From the NCBI GenBank assembly GCA_022605425.2, contig JAKIMF020000005.1, positions 434,001-498,000 of the forward strand: 64,000 nt of DNA, given 5' to 3'. The number at the start of each line of letters is the position of its first letter. Positions within the stretch are counted from its first letter, which is position 1. This stretch comes from Hamiltosporidium tvaerminnensis FI-OER-3-3. Its lineage: Eukaryota > Fungi > Microsporidia. This document shows, piece by piece, positions 38,540 to 54,412 of the stretch. The translations under genes and the position numbers were made by a program. The notes beneath the pieces are model-generated. The model had not been told where the DNA came from. It saw only the letters and a program-made list of their open reading frames with translations, and searched no databases.

Positions 38540-40412
38540 TTTATATTGATTGACTCCCCCCTGCTGAATTTTACCCTGGCAAAAAGAAAAATCCAGAAGA
38601 TCATCAAACCTGCTAAATCGGATGGGATGGCAAAATTATTCGTATTATAGTTTTTTTGGCGGGAAACGCTTAAAGGTGGGAAAATAATTATTTTGGGATA
38701 AATAAAAGAATTTTAATAAACGAGACCTCTCTAAAGCGAAAAAAAATTTAAAGAAATTAAAAAAAAAGTCAAAAAAAATTAGAAAAATGCTAAAACTAAT
38801 TTAAAAAAATAAAAATGAAATTATAAAAAATTAAAAAAATAAAATACAGAAAAATTATCACAGAATAAAAAAAATGAGAAAAATTTGATTTTTAAAGTGA
38901 TTTTATTTGAGTGTTTTTTTATATGCTTATTTTCTCACAGGTTTCTTTTACTTTTCCTTTATATATGACACACTTTTATAGTTTAATCTAAAAATATAAA
39001 GATTTAAAAATTTGAAAAAACAAAGGAAATAAGAGTTAAGTTACATATGACCCTTTAAATTAAAGGGTTTATAAAATATATTTTTTTAGGGTTTTTTTAA
39101 ATTTTTAAATCTTATTTATCCTATTATATAAGGAAAAGCATTTAAGAACAAGAGGGAGACAAAATAATATGACAAAAAAAATATGTGGATATTAGTAATA
39201 AATTCTTCCAAAACCGAGCATATAGAATATTAAAATCAAGTAAAATAGCGAAAATTTTTAAATTTGTATTTTAAATACCAAAACATTGGGGTAAGTCCTT
39301 GAAGATGGCATTTTATTATGGCTTTTATATTTTTGACAAGGGGGGACAAAATAAAATACGATAATAATTATAGAATTTGTTTTTGAATTTGCACAATAAA
39401 ATATTTTTGGATTAGTAAATTAAACCAGAAGAAAGAAATTATGATAAGTTTAAAGTTTTGTAAAAATTATTGTCAAAATATTTGTATTTTTTACAATTTA
39501 ATGAGACTAAAATACTATTGCGGCAGTATTATTTTTTTACAGCAAGTTTGCGAAATAACTCAACTATGCTTCCTTTTTATTGTAAATGTGTAGTTTATAA
39601 TATATTTCTACAATTTTTTCTGATCTGATCGATATTATTGGCCTATTTATTTTAACAATAAAATTCGATTTTAATTTATTTTTTATTTTTTAAAACCCAA
39701 TTTACTTAATATATCTTCAATTTCTTTATTCGTATAAATTAAACCACTGTAAAACATTTTTTTTAAAAAAAATCAAATATAAAGTATTTTAGATTTAGTT
39801 CGGTGATGTATAAAGTGCCTTGTTTCGTTATAAATGAAACCAGGTACATTATAGGCACCCTTTTATCTTCGGTTTTTATATCAGTGTAAAGACTAGAGTA
39901 GATAAGGCATTTATAATTAATAATAGGAGTTATAAACTTTGGTGTTTTACTTAAAAAAAGTACATGGTGCAATCTAAATAATTCTAGCACAGAACTAATC
40001 CGTGAAAATTCAAAAATACAAACGAATCGAATTTAATTTTCTAAGATGTGTTTAAAAAATAGTTTCGAGCTGTTTCCGGCAATGACTTTCGCAAGTTTTC
40101 TATTATTGTTGCTATTTATAAAAGATACTAGTGTTTAAATAATTACAATCAAAAATATATTTTTAGCATTATTAAAACCATCTATAAAACACAATCTAAT
40201 ATCATAATACTAGAAAATATTGATTTTTGGCATATCAGTAATTTCAGATTTATTTCTTATTCGGATTTACATTTCCTATTTTCATTTCATTGAATATATT
40301 TTTAAATAATTTTTATTCTATATTTTGGTTGTAAATTATATTTTGAGCCTTTAACCATCGATTTTGCACAATAATTTGGGTATTTATTTTTTTATAACTT
40401 CTATTTATTGGT
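38540..40412 (-). repeat. Long inverted arm, left arm of cassette 2
   Basis: Duplicate of 19010-20872. Confidence 0.9.
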
Positions 40413-40553
40413 TTAATTTATTTAATAAAATTCTGGGTTAAAACATTTTTACCATTTTTTACAAGTTTTTTTCTACCTCTTTAACCACTTCTGTCTCTTC
40501 TTCAAATCCTTTTTTTGGTTTATATATATATATTTATATTATAATATAAAAAA

Positions 40554-43500
40554 TTGGTAGAAAGAAAAATTTAGCAGCGAAACATTTAAAAAAATAAAAT
40601 AAAGGCCGCAAACGACGCCGATAAGGTTAATAAAAGTAATATTGGCATACAAAAATTTGAGCTACACCCACCGGCTATTTCCCTACTTTCCTCCTTCTAC
40701 ACAAAAAACACACATCCATCACCAAGCCAAACATGCAGTAAAATGCAAAATAGTAAGCTCTGCTCCTTATTTTTGCCTAATAATCCACTTCCCTTTTCGG
40801 TTGAAGTCTCTTCTTGCGAGCCATGGTACGACATGACAAACCCCATTACTCTAGCTATTCCAGAAGGTAACAGGCTAATGGCATTGCGGACGATATTCGA
40901 TTCCGCAACAGCCGACCCGAAGAGATGGCCTCGAATTGTTTTTTTGTAGTACAGACAAGGTTTGAAAGAATGACAGGAAATGGCTAGACAGAGCTTCACA
41001 TGTACTATGATAAGAAATTCGGCTAAACTGAAACTTTTGAAGTGTTTAAAAAATTGGCACAAAGTGAGATGGGAAAGGAATTAAAAACAGAAGAGAAGGG
41101 AGAGCGACGTAGAATCGCCACTTGTCTCGCTGATACATGCACCTTGACCGACACCACGGAGTACATAAACCTGAGAGATAAATTCTTGAGTAAAATCAAA
41201 GAAATCTCGGAGAACGAAATTGAAAAGTGGTGGTCCGAACTAGAAAACATCCGAATGAATTGGTTGACAGTAAAGTTTTAGACCTTATTAATCGAATTAT
41301 CGGTGAGTATGCTGATTCTTGTGTGCCGATGACGATAACTGCAGTGGCACGAATAATCCAGGCAGCCCAGGTATGCTATGACGAGGCAACAAGCAAAGAA
41401 AAGCCTAGATCCGCTTGGAAGGAAAACATAGAAAGTAAAATTTCTAAGTTAGTACTCTTCAAAGATCTTCTCGAGAAGGCCCGTAAGCAGGAAAAGCTCT
41501 CGACTTCGGAAAGAAGAGCCTTAAAAAAATCATGCGAGGATTTAATTTTAACTTGAGCAGCGTAACTGATCTTTCTGAGGCTTTAGTTAAGAAGAATAAA
41601 TCTTTGAATGTTTACAGGAAAAAAATTACGATGCATGAAAGTAAGAAGCAATTCCGAAAAGAGAGTCGTATGTTTGAGCTTTTCCGAGGTCGATTTTATC
41701 GTGGGTTTTCTGAGCGTGTAGATCCGAGCATGTGGTTAGTGGTGATGAAATTGTGAGTTTTTGGTCTACAATGTGGAACAAAAATGATGACACAGTCACG
41801 TACGATGATTATTTGATTCCATTTGTATCAGATAATCATCCGACCACGTTTCCTTCACTTGATGAATTTGTGAATATCATTAATTGGCTCCCTAATTGGA
41901 AAGCTGCTGGAATTGATGGTATTTACAATTTTTTCATTAAGCAACTTACAACTCTTCACAAATACCTTTATGATATTGTGAAAGTTATATGTTTAGAAGG
42001 AACACCACAAGCTGATTGGTTTTACTGCGGGCTTACGTATTTGATACCGAAAGGAATTCCACGAAGAGGCTCTGACTACAGGCCAATCACTTGTATGTCC
42101 AACCTCTATAAGTTAACGACAAAGTGTGTAACGAAAGTCGTTCAACTTGAAGTGGAAAGGCGAGGGTTGCTTGCAGAGAACCAATTAGGGGCGGTAAGAG
42201 GTGTGCAGGGAGCGAAAGAGCAGGCTCTACTGAATATTGCCTTAAATAAAGAGTATGGAAATAATCTTAAGGCAACATGGATTGATGTTAAAAAAGCTTA
42301 TGACTCAATAGATCATGCTTATTTAACTCAATGCATTGAAAACCTTAATTTACCTGATTGGATCCTGAAATTTATTAAGGTAATTATATCAAAATAGAAA
42401 ATTTCTATATCAGCAGGGCCTGAAAAAATCATGAGCAAGAATATTGATAAAAGGATTCTGCAAGGAGATAGTTTGTTACCTTTGTTATTTGTTTTGTGTA
42501 TGGATCCATTAAGCCGAAAGCTTAATGAAAAATACACAAAAGTGACGGTACAAACAGATGCAAAATCCCATTCTACTAATCATCTCTTGTTTATTCATGA
42601 TCTGAGCTTTTTGCATAAGACAGTTCTACATTGAATGCTTTGACAGACAGAGCAAAGGAATTTTTAGAGGTGATTTGCCTAGAGATTAACAAAGAGAAGT
42701 CAGCCACAAATAATAAGTGTTGTGAAGATAGTGCTACTCTTCTAGAAGGTTTTAGTGTTTACAAATATTTAGGAATAATAGAAGATAGCAGAGGAATACC
42801 AACACGTAGCTCATTTGAAGAAGTACAGAGCAAATTGATAGCAAGAGTTGAAAGACATTGTCACATTAGATTAAATTCAAAAATTTTTTTCTGCAATCAA
42901 TCAACATGCGATATCGTTAATCAACTACCACATAGGAGTACTTCAACTTGAACCGGCTGACTTCTCTAAGTTAGATGATGCAGTGCGTGCGGTGTTGGTG
43001 AAGAATAAGATACATCTCCGCCCAGGATGTAAAGAGCGTTTATACCTTCCTATAACAGAACTTGTAAGTGGCCTACATAGTGTTGAGTTGCGAAGCGAAC
43101 ATATGCTTCTGCAACTCTTGGATTGTCTGAAAAAAAGTAAAGAAATATCAACTAGACGAGCAGCAATCTTCAAAGTTGAGAATAAAAATAAAACCCATCT
43201 TGCACTAATAAAAGGCTTCTTAAAAGTAAAGTACAGGTTGGTAGAAAAAGTCACTAGGAAAAAATTAGAAGATGATCAACTTGCGAAACTATATAACGAA
43301 ATAGAAAAACGAAAACTCCATTCAAAGTTATATAATGCAAGAAAAAATGAGCTTGTTAGTGTTAGTGATTCTTCTAGATGGCTAAAGAGAGGGAATATTA
43401 GGGCACAAAATGAAGCTGTGTTCTGCTATATCCAGGATAAAAATGTATTATGGGGAGCAGATGGTATGTGTCAATATTGCGGGAAGTCTGGTAAGACTGT

Positions 43501-44345
43501 AGATCATCTAGCAACTCGATGTGAAAAAATGCTAGGTATGACTACACCAGACGAAATAATGAAGTGGTTAGATGCATAAACTTACTTCTCCTAAATAGAT
43601 ATAAGTTTAAGTCCTCAAAACGAATTAGGAGTCACGCAGTTCAAGAAATTCTTCATAATGAGTATGCAGAGATAAGAGTGGACATCAGAATTAAAACTGA
43701 TGTTAAAATTCGGAATAAAAGACCGGACATATTTATTTTAGATAAGAAGAAGAATAAGATAACACTCATTGAAGTAGGAATCACTTCCCAAGATTCACTT
43801 CAAATAGTTGAAACTGAAAAACTTAGGAAGTATGACCTGCTAGCCAATGAGTTGGGTCTTATTTATAGGTGTAGTGTTGAGATAATCCCTTATGTGATGA
43901 CCTGGGACGGTATTGTGACAAAATACCATAAATCTCATCTTAAAAGACTAGAAATACCTATGAATGTAGAGGCATACATTCAGTCTATAGTACTTAAGAA
44001 GACAGTCGAAACAATTTCCTTTGATAGACGAAGAGGACTTGAGTCAGAACTAAATGCCGAAGAGAGCTGGGAGAGAGCGTCAATGAGTGTTATTATGAGA
44101 TCAGAGATGCATGAGGAACCAACACCCTCTTATAAAGAAGAGAAGAGAGAGGAAGATGGTGTTAAAATTTTAAAACCAAAAAATAATACACCCTTTATTT
44201 CACAAGGAGAATCCACGTTAGAGGAACCGACCATAAACATAAAGAAGAGTCGGATTTAGAAGAAGAGACAAAAGTGGTTAAAGAGGTAGAAGAAAACATG
44301 TAAAAAATTGTAAAAATTTATAACCCAGAATTTTATTAAATAAAT
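40554..44345 (+). mobile_element. R4/Dong-like RT-REL element, disrupted copy 2
   Basis: WIDVKKAYDSIDH, ILQGDSL, FIHD, and the REL motif RPDIFILDKKKNKITLIEVG..EKLRKY. Confidence 0.93.
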
Positions 44346-47300
44346 ATAAATCGACACAAAAATTATAAATTTGTTTTGTCTTTATCTTTACTTCTTTTAG
44401 AATAATCCTAAAAATAATTTAAATACAAAAAATTTATCTTAGTAAGATTTATGTATTTTGAGCTGAAGTTTTTTTTGAAAATATTAAAAAATTATTGCTA
44501 ATAGAAAATATATAATATTTAGATTTATTGGGAAAGACTAATTGTGTATCCGTATTTTTTTGATTTTTAATTGTCTAGTATGTAAGTTGCAAAAAGAAGT
44601 TGGACCAATGAGATTATCAGATATGATATTTGATATTTGAAACATTCTCTTTATTTTTCTTTAGTCGATAACTGACATTTAATCTTATTTTTCTAAAACT
44701 TATACTATGTTTTATTCAGAAACGAATAAAATACATTTAATTATTTAAACAAATTTTTCTTTGTACTTCTAATTATACTGCAAATATTCTTGGAGAGATA
44801 AATAGATAATGTATAATAAGCTACTTTAATAAATATAATAATTTTTAAATAGCTATTGTTAGTGAATAGGACATTAAATTCCCGGTGAAGTCATACATAA
44901 ATTATATTCTTGCATGAGAAGGGAAAAATAAACGTAATTATCAGCTAAAATATACGTTCAAAAAAATATAATGTTACTTATTCATCAAATTCAATTTATA
45001 CTAGTATTAAAATAGACTAGACAAGCATTTTTTGTCGAAATGACTTATAATTAAAAAATAACACACTGAATTAAGAAATAAAGTTATATTTGCTAAATTT
45101 GTTTCTTTCATAGAAATAAAAGAATAACTTTTTAAAAAGACTTTAATTTTAAGTTAAATTAGCAGAGATTTATTTTGTTTGTTTTTAAAATATAACAAAG
45201 GATATATTTAAGACAATGAATGATTTTTTTATTTAAAATAATGATTTTAAAAAAACTCAAAAATTTACACATTTTTAACTTCATATATATTTTAATGAAC
45301 TAATCTAAACATAAAAGCAAAATTATTCTGGAAATAATTCCTATTAAAGTTATATTGTATATTATTTTACAAATAATATAATTTGCTCCAAATAAATCAC
45401 GATAGATACAAAAAAAATCATTTGTATTACTTGTTCTATAACATATCGGTCTGTCAATATCTAAGTTTGATCTTATATGAACTTCATTTATCTTAATTAA
45501 GAGCCAATTTTAACGAATGTTTATAGAAGAAATCGTAGAATTTTTTTAACTCTATCAGAAATTTTTTTCGCGTGGCTTGAAACTCTGCGATTTTTATTGA
45601 AGTTTACACTTTTCTGTCAAGAGGATTTTCTCATTCGGTCAAAATGACTCGGATATCAGAGCGTGATTCTATCGATATGTATAATAAGCAAGATTTTAAT
45701 CCATCACTCACAATGTTTATTGCTAGAATGTCAGTTCACTCGGTGGATTATTGTGAACTTTTTTATACTACTTAAGCTCTTTAGGTTTTCTACAGAGAGT
45801 ACCGTTATATTAATTTTAACCAATATTCATATTTACTGTCATTTATATGATATACATAAGAACATTCATACGTATAATTTTTATTCGTTTCCTGTCCAAA
45901 CTCGAGATTTGAAGTTTTCTTTATTTCAAAGTATGTGTTATACACTGCTTGTGTTCTGTCTTTATTCTCCCGTATCATCTTTGTTATCTTGTGAAAAATA
46001 TTTTTAAATGAAAGTATGATATTGTTTCGTGAAATATTTATGTACTAAAATAAGAAATTGATATTTTTTGGTCCATAGAACTCATCTTGTGCTATCCATT
46101 TTTTTGTGTTTAAAAAATAATGTGTTTCTTTAATTCGAGACTAACATTTCTAGCATTTCTTTCAGGATCCTTTAATGTTTACGGTAGTATCTAAGCAATC
46201 GTAATAAGCTGCGCGGTTTCCGTTTCTGTGCTGGGAATCTTTTGTACAGTTTTATCTGTACTATAGCTGCATTGAGCTTGATGTCAAAGGAGGATATAAG
46301 AAGGTGCATCTATTGTCTCAAACAGTAGAATATCTCGAGATTTTTTGCAAGTTTTTAAGTTACCACAATTTTCTAGGTCTTTTTTTAGAATCATTCGAAT
46401 TAGGCTTACATCGTTTATCATATTCTGCAATTCGACTAAGGATTCGAAAAAGAATACCCTTTGATTCACCTCTATAGAAATTAAAAACCATAGATTACGG
46501 GACAATACATAACATTTCTCCAAATAAATTTAAGAAAATCTTTGTTTAATTGCTGTTAAACCTTCGAAAAACACATTTGTTATTCCATATGAGTAATTTT
46601 TAAGTTCTAAAAAAAGGAGTTTTAGTTATATATGTGAAAGCAGATGAATAGAAAAAAATGAATGTAATTGCTCACTAATTTGAGCAGACTAATTTGGTTA
46701 TTTTTTTGTGAATTAAAAAAAAAGAAATTTATCTGATCTACAGATATTTGCAATATTTCCAGATTTTTGGAATCAGAGAAATAATTTATTTACAAGCGAT
46801 TTTCTTGGTAGCTACTATCTCGACTTAAAAAACTTCAACGAGTTTTTTTTTTATTTATCAATGAGAAAATAATCGCTAAGATTTCACGAGTTAAGGCTTT
46901 AAAAGGATATTCGTGTTGCTATTTAGGCCTGACTTTCGAATTGGAAGTTTGCTTCCCAAACAAGCTGATTGTATTTAACATCCGCTCAAATGGTTAGTCA
47001 TATACATCTATCTCATTCAGATAAGTCACCAAATGTTCATTGAATACTTATATAACTACGATTCAAAATTTAAACCCAAAGCCTTTTGATATATACCTAC
47101 CTTGATTTTTCTCGTTTATTTAATTCTATTTTTCTATTTTCATAATTTGTTTCTAGATAAATTTTCTTTGCTAGTCTAACATTCATGGTATGCATTTTAT
47201 TCTCTAACAAATCCACTTTTTATTCGCCATCTTCTACAGTAATTTTTTATCCTTTGCTGGTTTGGTGCATAATTTCGATTTTAAGTACCAATTTAAAAGC

Positions 47301-50181
47301 ATTTACCCGTCATAGTCCTAAAAAAAAGATAATTTTGTCAGTCCTTTCTTGTGTATATTTAGCAAATTTTTCGGAGCATCATTTCTATGCCGTCGAATGT
47401 TTTCTAAAATATTCGCAAGAACTTAATCAATCCCCGATTTTTCTATCGAAAAGATTCCATAGATTGACTCTTGGTTTTTAACAGTCTAATTTTCAAAATC
47501 TAAGGCATTTGAGCCATTTCGGTTTTTATAATTTCCGGTGATTTTATTAGTCTAGCGTCTGCCATTTTGTACATTTTAAGATATCGTTCACTCGATGTAT
47601 TGTGTATGAGCTAAAATGGTATATTTTTTAGTTAACCACAATATTAATTCACAATTTTTAGGTAAAAATATATATTCATGCAGTATAATATACTATAAAC
47701 AATCATGATTTAGCTCGGATGAAGATTCAATGGCATCGCTTATTCCTTTGAATCTTCAAAGGCTTTTTTCTCGAATTGTTTCATTTTTGTTCATTCATTG
47801 CCTACTTAGGCATTTATGTCACATACTACTGCTTTTTTTTTCTTGTATCTAATCACATGATTTTCGACAAACTAGCAAAGCTATTCTTTTATATTTGCCT
47901 TTTTAACTTAAATGCGAGCATGGCCCTAGAACTGTGAAACCAAAGAGTTCTCCGTCTAATTTTTTCCGTAAAAAATTAAACTTATTCCTTAAAAATTCTT
48001 TGCAGTGTAAAGTAAATATATATTAAAGAAAATATTGTACCAGACATATTCGAAGTGTTTTTTTGCAATACAATTTATCCAACCATTTGTTTAAATACTT
48101 CTGTTTTTATAGAGCGATTTCTCGCAGTAATCGATTTAAATTTTATATTTTTTTATAATAGCTTGTAAATATCCAGGTTCTAGTCTGGAAGTATGTTCAA
48201 ATGAAAAATGCCGTCAAGTTTTCTTTTAAAAGTTATTTCGTCTCTTTTTATTCAGAATCGTTTTCCTTTTTTTCTAATTTGTTCTCCTGTAGCTTTTTTT
48301 ATGTTTTATAAATCCTTAATTTTTTGCACGGTTGGTTTTTCGCCTGAAGCTTCATCCATCTCTTTTCTTATCCAGTTTGAATCAGCTATACCTGGCTTCT
48401 TTTTGAATAGATCAAAAATTTTAAATTTGAATATTAAATAAAATGAAATACACTTTGGGCATGAGAAATTTACAATCCGAACATGTAAAATCGAATCCTT
48501 TTAGGTTGATAATTTGCAAACATTTTGTTTCGTTTTAAAATAAATATTTCTATGGCGGCATAGTGAAAACATAGAAAAACATGCAAAAAAGAAATATGTA
48601 TAGAGGAGATATTCTATCGATCACGGCTGTGTTTTGTTGAATCAAATGATCTCACTTTACCGAGAAACGCAGGGTTAAAAGCATCTGTAAAGCCTGCCGC
48701 TTCAAAGAACATATTTCTAATCCTCTATAATCGTATAAACTTTGTAATGCTTTGGAGAATACCAGTTACATAAATAGAATCCACATAATTGTTTTAGAAC
48801 AATTATCTAAAAAGTGAAAAAAAAGTAACTAAAAATACTAGATTTATTAAAAAGAAATTACAGCTTTTTTAAAATGCCCAAAGTGTTTAGAAAAAATTAA
48901 AACAAAACAAGGAAAACCCAAGACATAGCTTATGTCATAGGGTAAAAGAAACAGCTGGTTTAAAGTTGAAAGTTTTTCAGCATTAAAATTATCAGATATT
49001 TTTATTAGGGTAAATACTAAATTGTTAATGCTATCTCGTAAAAATACTTCTATATAATATGTTGATTTTGTTCTCAAGGCCTTGATCTTTCTTTTACAGT
49101 AACAAAATAAATGTGTTTTGGATTAGTATGTAAACAGCATATACACAAGTTACAAACGAAACCAGTAAGAGACCCATATAGGTTTTAATTGAGAAATAAA
49201 CGTTTGTTTTTGCAATTTTAAGAGCCACTTGAATTATTTTAAGTAAATAAAGAAGAAGCTTAGAAATGTTAATGAAAAAAATTTTCTAAGAACAAATTCG
49301 CACAATAGAAAGCTTCATCATATTTTTACAAGATAGTAACAAATGTAATACGAGAATATTAAAAAGCATTACATATTCGATATACAAAAAAATTAATGTT
49401 ACAAATAACATTGTAATTTGAAAAATTGGTATACATGAGTTTTTAGTTCTAAGAAATCTTTGAGATAGATAGAGAACGAATAAAGGATATTCTACAATGG
49501 TATTAAGCGTATTAAGGATATAAATATATTTTAGGTCATTGAAGCAAAATGAAAAGAAACCTTACGCGTGAAATTCGACAAAAGGTATAAAAACTATGCA
49601 TTAAAAGAATAGTTTGCAATTATGCTTCGAATTAAAATGAGTAAATTATCGGTATCGGCATCACTTATTAAATGCATGTTCAATGATTAAAAGTTAAAAT
49701 AAAATAAATCTTTAAATAAATTCTTTAAAAGAAGATACAAAAAGGAAACAATACATTTAAATAGAAACACATACTAATGCTCAGAGTAACTCAATAATGT
49801 ATTTATTTTTGATATAAAAGAAATCAAAATTACAAGATTAGTTAGATAATAAAAAAATTCTGCTCAATATACTAGAAACCAAAAATCTAAGAGGCATGAC
49901 TTTTTACCTGCCTAACTTAATTATATTTTTTTATAGTTTGAAATAATTTCATACTATAACATGAAGTGATGTAGTTCAGAACATCTTATGATATATTTTA
50001 GAAGACACCAGAACAGATAAAGAATGCACCTATATGGTTGAACATGCTGCACGAGCACATATAACCACTCTTTTTTAAAGTATTTGATTATAAGCAAGGT
50101 TTGGTATATATCAGAGCTTTAGGGTATATTGTAATATCATACTAGAAAAAGGATACAAAAACGAATTATAATATATATATA

Positions 50182-52932
50182 TAATTCAATAAAATGGAAG
50201 TTATAAAAAAATAAATACCCAAATTATTGTGCAAAATCGATGGTTAAAGGCTCAAAGTATAATTTACAACCAAAATATAGAATAAAAATTATTTAAAAAT
50301 ATATTCAATGAAATGAAAATAGGAAATGTAAATCCGAATAACAAATAAATCTGAAATTACTGATATGCCAAAAATCAATATTTTCCAGTATTATGATATT
50401 AGATTGTGTTTTATAGTTTGTTTTAATAATTCTAAAAATATATTTTTGATTGTAATTATTTAAGCACTAGTATCTTTTATAAATAGCAACAATAATAGAA
50501 AACTTGCGAAAGTCATTGCCGGAAACAGCTCGAAACTATTTTTTAAACACATCTTAGAAAATTAAATTCGATTCGTTTGTATTTTAAAATTTTCACGGAT
50601 TAGTTCTGTGCTAGAATTATTTAGATTGCACCTGGTACTTTTTTTAAGTAAAACACCAAAGTTTATAACTCCTATTATTGGTTATAAATGCCGTATCTAC
50701 TCTAGTCTTTACAGTGATATAAAAACCGAAAATACAAGGGGCATATAAGGTACTCTGATTTCGTTTATAACGAAACAAGGTACTTTATACATCCCTAAAC
50801 TTATGCAACAATACTTTATATTTGATTTTTGTCAAAAAAAATGTTTTACAGTGGTTTAATTTATACGAATAAAGAAATTGAAGATATATTAAGTAAATTG
50901 GGTTTTAAAAAATAAAAAATAAATTAAAATCGAATTTTATTGTTAAAATAAATATGCTCAAAATATCGCTAAATACAAATTTTGTAAAAATTATTAAAAA
51001 TTACCATCATAATAAAAAGAGAAGGAATTAAATTACTTGACACACTTGTTTAAAAAAATATATTGTAGCTTGCAATAATATATTTTTTCCATTATAGTGT
51101 AAAAATTTTAACATTTTGAAAATATTTTTGTATAATAATTAAACAAATTTAACTTTCTTTCGCTGTGCTAATTTACCAATACGAAATTTTTTTTCCTTCA
51201 GGTTCGCGAAATAAATTTTTTTAGCTATTCTTTTTAAATATTTCAGAAAATTCTTTACCTTTTATAATATAAATGGTCTCTTAATGACTAGATTTAAACT
51301 TGTTGCACATTTTTTTAATAATTTTAATTGTATTAATTATATCACACATTCTATTTAATCAAATGCTAGAGAAATGTAAAAATTAGAAAGTTTTTTATCT
51401 AATAAATAGCTAATTTTTTTTTTTGTAAAAATGTTATATTATTCCATGACAATGATGCAGCCATTGGTAGCTTAGATCCAGGTTCTCAAACATTCAGTCG
51501 GTGCATTTCGATAAACCTCTATCTCCATGCAATAACTCCCATATGTAGGTAAAATATTTTGAATGGGGGATCTGGTTTTTCTTGATTGTTAATGTCAGTT
51601 GCTCGAGAGTGATCGCAGGTCTAAATAAACATCGGCTACGCCATGATACGCAGTATTATCATTTTTTTAGATTTTTGAACCCAATAGAGTGACGGATAAG
51701 ATTATTTGTAGCTCATTTATTAAGATAAAGTAGTATTACAATCTCACACATGTTGTTAATGTGCATCGCGAAGATGAATAAATACTTCGTATTTAATTCA
51801 ATTACTTTATGATGTAATCCCAATGGCTTTATTAGACATTGATACGATATGAGAATCGATAACAAGTTGTTATATTTGTGATGTATAGATTTAAAAATAC
51901 GTAAGTTTTATATTTGGATATCTTTTCATGAAGATTTTGTTTACTATAATAAAAACTAGTCACAAAGAAAGAAATTCCACCATCCAACAGGTATAATCTA
52001 TTATTTACGACCTGGTTTTTTAAATAATATATTTTTGTATCTCCGAAATTCCAAGCCTTCGTAACTGAATATAAAAAGCTAAGGCTTTACGCTTTCACAT
52101 CGCAATAACTTAAAATTTATTATTTCCTGTCGTATTTTATTCTGTTTCCCCGGTAAAAAATATAAACAGCTTTAATAAAATATCGACTCGAAATTGCACT
52201 AATTTTTCGTATGTAAAATGAAAATTTAAAAATTCCCAAGGTTTCAATTAGATTTTCTATCTATATGCTCGGTTTTTAAAGAATTTCTTACTAAAAATTT
52301 TCTAATTTTTTGTTGTTATTTGATTTTGTCTCCCCTCTATTTTATTCTATCACCCTCCCATTTTGAATGCATTTCCTTGTTAAATTGCATAATTAGAGTA
52401 AATATATGTCAATAAAAACCGTAAAAAAAATATTTTTTTAAAACCGTCTGATTTAAAGTATATTTTTATAATTTAAGTCTTTTTTTCTCCATTTTTTAAA
52501 TCTTATATTTTAGATTTTGAATTAAATTCAAAGTGTGTCATTTAAAGGAAAAGTAAAAAAAGCCAGTGAGAAGAATAGCATATAAAAAGCGGAATAAAAC
52601 AGGATACATTTAAATTCAAATTTTTTTTTATTCTGTAATAATTTTTCTTAACTTTATTTTTTTGATTTCCTTTTTTTATAATAAATTTTATTTTTTTGCA
52701 TTTTTTTTGATTTTTATAAATTCTTTTTAATTTTTTTTTGGTTTTAAAAGAATCTTAGTTTAACAAATTTTTAATTTATCACAAAATATATTTTTTCCGG
52801 GTAAAAAGCCATTTACCGATAAAAAAAACTCTAAATAGAATATTTTTTAATCCCCATCCGATTTAGCAGTGTGTGATCTGCTGAATTTTACTTTTGGCCA
52901 GGGTAAGAACAATGGGGGGGGGTCAATATAAA
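50182..52932 (+). repeat. Long arm, right arm of cassette 2
   Basis: Duplicate of 31368-34097. Confidence 0.9.
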
Positions 52933-54412
52933 GTACAACATTAAATGATTAAAATAGCAACTGTAGTAGTTAAAAAATGTTTTTTATGTGTAGCTTTTTC
53001 ATCAAATATATTGGTTGATATACCAACTCATGCTCTTTTATGCATTTTGATATATGATTAATTCGTCTCATCATGATCTAGTTTTCTAATCCAAACCAGA
53101 GTAAAAGAAGGTCAAGAGGCCGGCTTTTCTCTAAAATTAAAAGATTTTTTTATGTCTAAACATTGACTTAGATATAAATAAGTCCTTGATGGTTCTCAAA
53201 ATGATGCTTGATATAAATTAGAGTTATTTACTAGATAATCACACTAAAATTTTATGAATGTTTTTCTGCAATCCATTTGATAATGATTGAGGCATTTTAA
53301 TTATTATGTAAGCGTTCGAAGATACAACTTATTCAATCAATGCTAAAATTGTAAAGAACAGCATTCGGTCAAATCTATACGGTAATAATCTGATATAAAG
53401 TAATTTCAGCCCAGAGAGCGTGTACACAATAATTCTGATATTGTTTATTTTTCAATCTAAATAAAATTTGATTTCATATTGTATTAAAACATCTAATACG
53501 TGAGATTATAGAGGATTTATGATCTAGACAAATATAAATTCAAAAAAATTTAAATATCATCTTCGATTTAAAAAAGTACCTTGATTTTTAATGAGTAGCC
53601 AATAGCAATTTAAAAAAACGTTAGATCGACGATTATGATACATAATAAAATACCTTCTAATTAATTAAAAATATGTTTTTTGGTAATAATCTTTGCAAGA
53701 GATCTTTGGCTAAGTTAGATACTCTATATCTCTTTTATGTGAAAAATATGCATTGAATCATAAATATCTCTGAGAATCAAAAGTAGGCTTTTACCAATCA
53801 TAATAAATATTAAGCTGTTGATAATCAGGTTTCTATATACTATACATATATAATCTTCTAAATTAAGATTTATGTGTAAATTATTTCATAAATCAGGAAA
53901 TATATACTTAGTTAAATAGAGAAACTATACCTCTGTTTATTTGGATATCAATTTTCGTTATAAGATCAAAAATTTACCATTTAATAAAGCAATGTTTATT
54001 AGTCTTTAACGAAAAAATACTAGATTATATTTTTAGATTAAATTATTTTTAAGGGACCAGGATTTTATGAATGACTTGGTTTTTTTATAATTCGAAGCGT
54101 CAATATTGTTTTATGGTTCTTTACACCAATATATGATTATGTTTCAGCAATTTTAGTCAACAATAGCACCTTTAAACATAATTAAAGGCTCAAAACCATG
54201 ATCTGACTTTTCAAAAAACAGCAGATTAGAACTATAATAAGAAAATATTTTGCTGTTAATTTATATTTTGAGATTTAAGAAACAAAAATTATTATAGAAT
54301 TGCCAAATTAAAAAATTGTGAATAAAAATATTTTTTTTACTTCATTATGGTATTTTATCATGTGATTATATTTTAAAAGAAAAAATTCTTGTTTATGGAT
54401 ATTTATATCAGA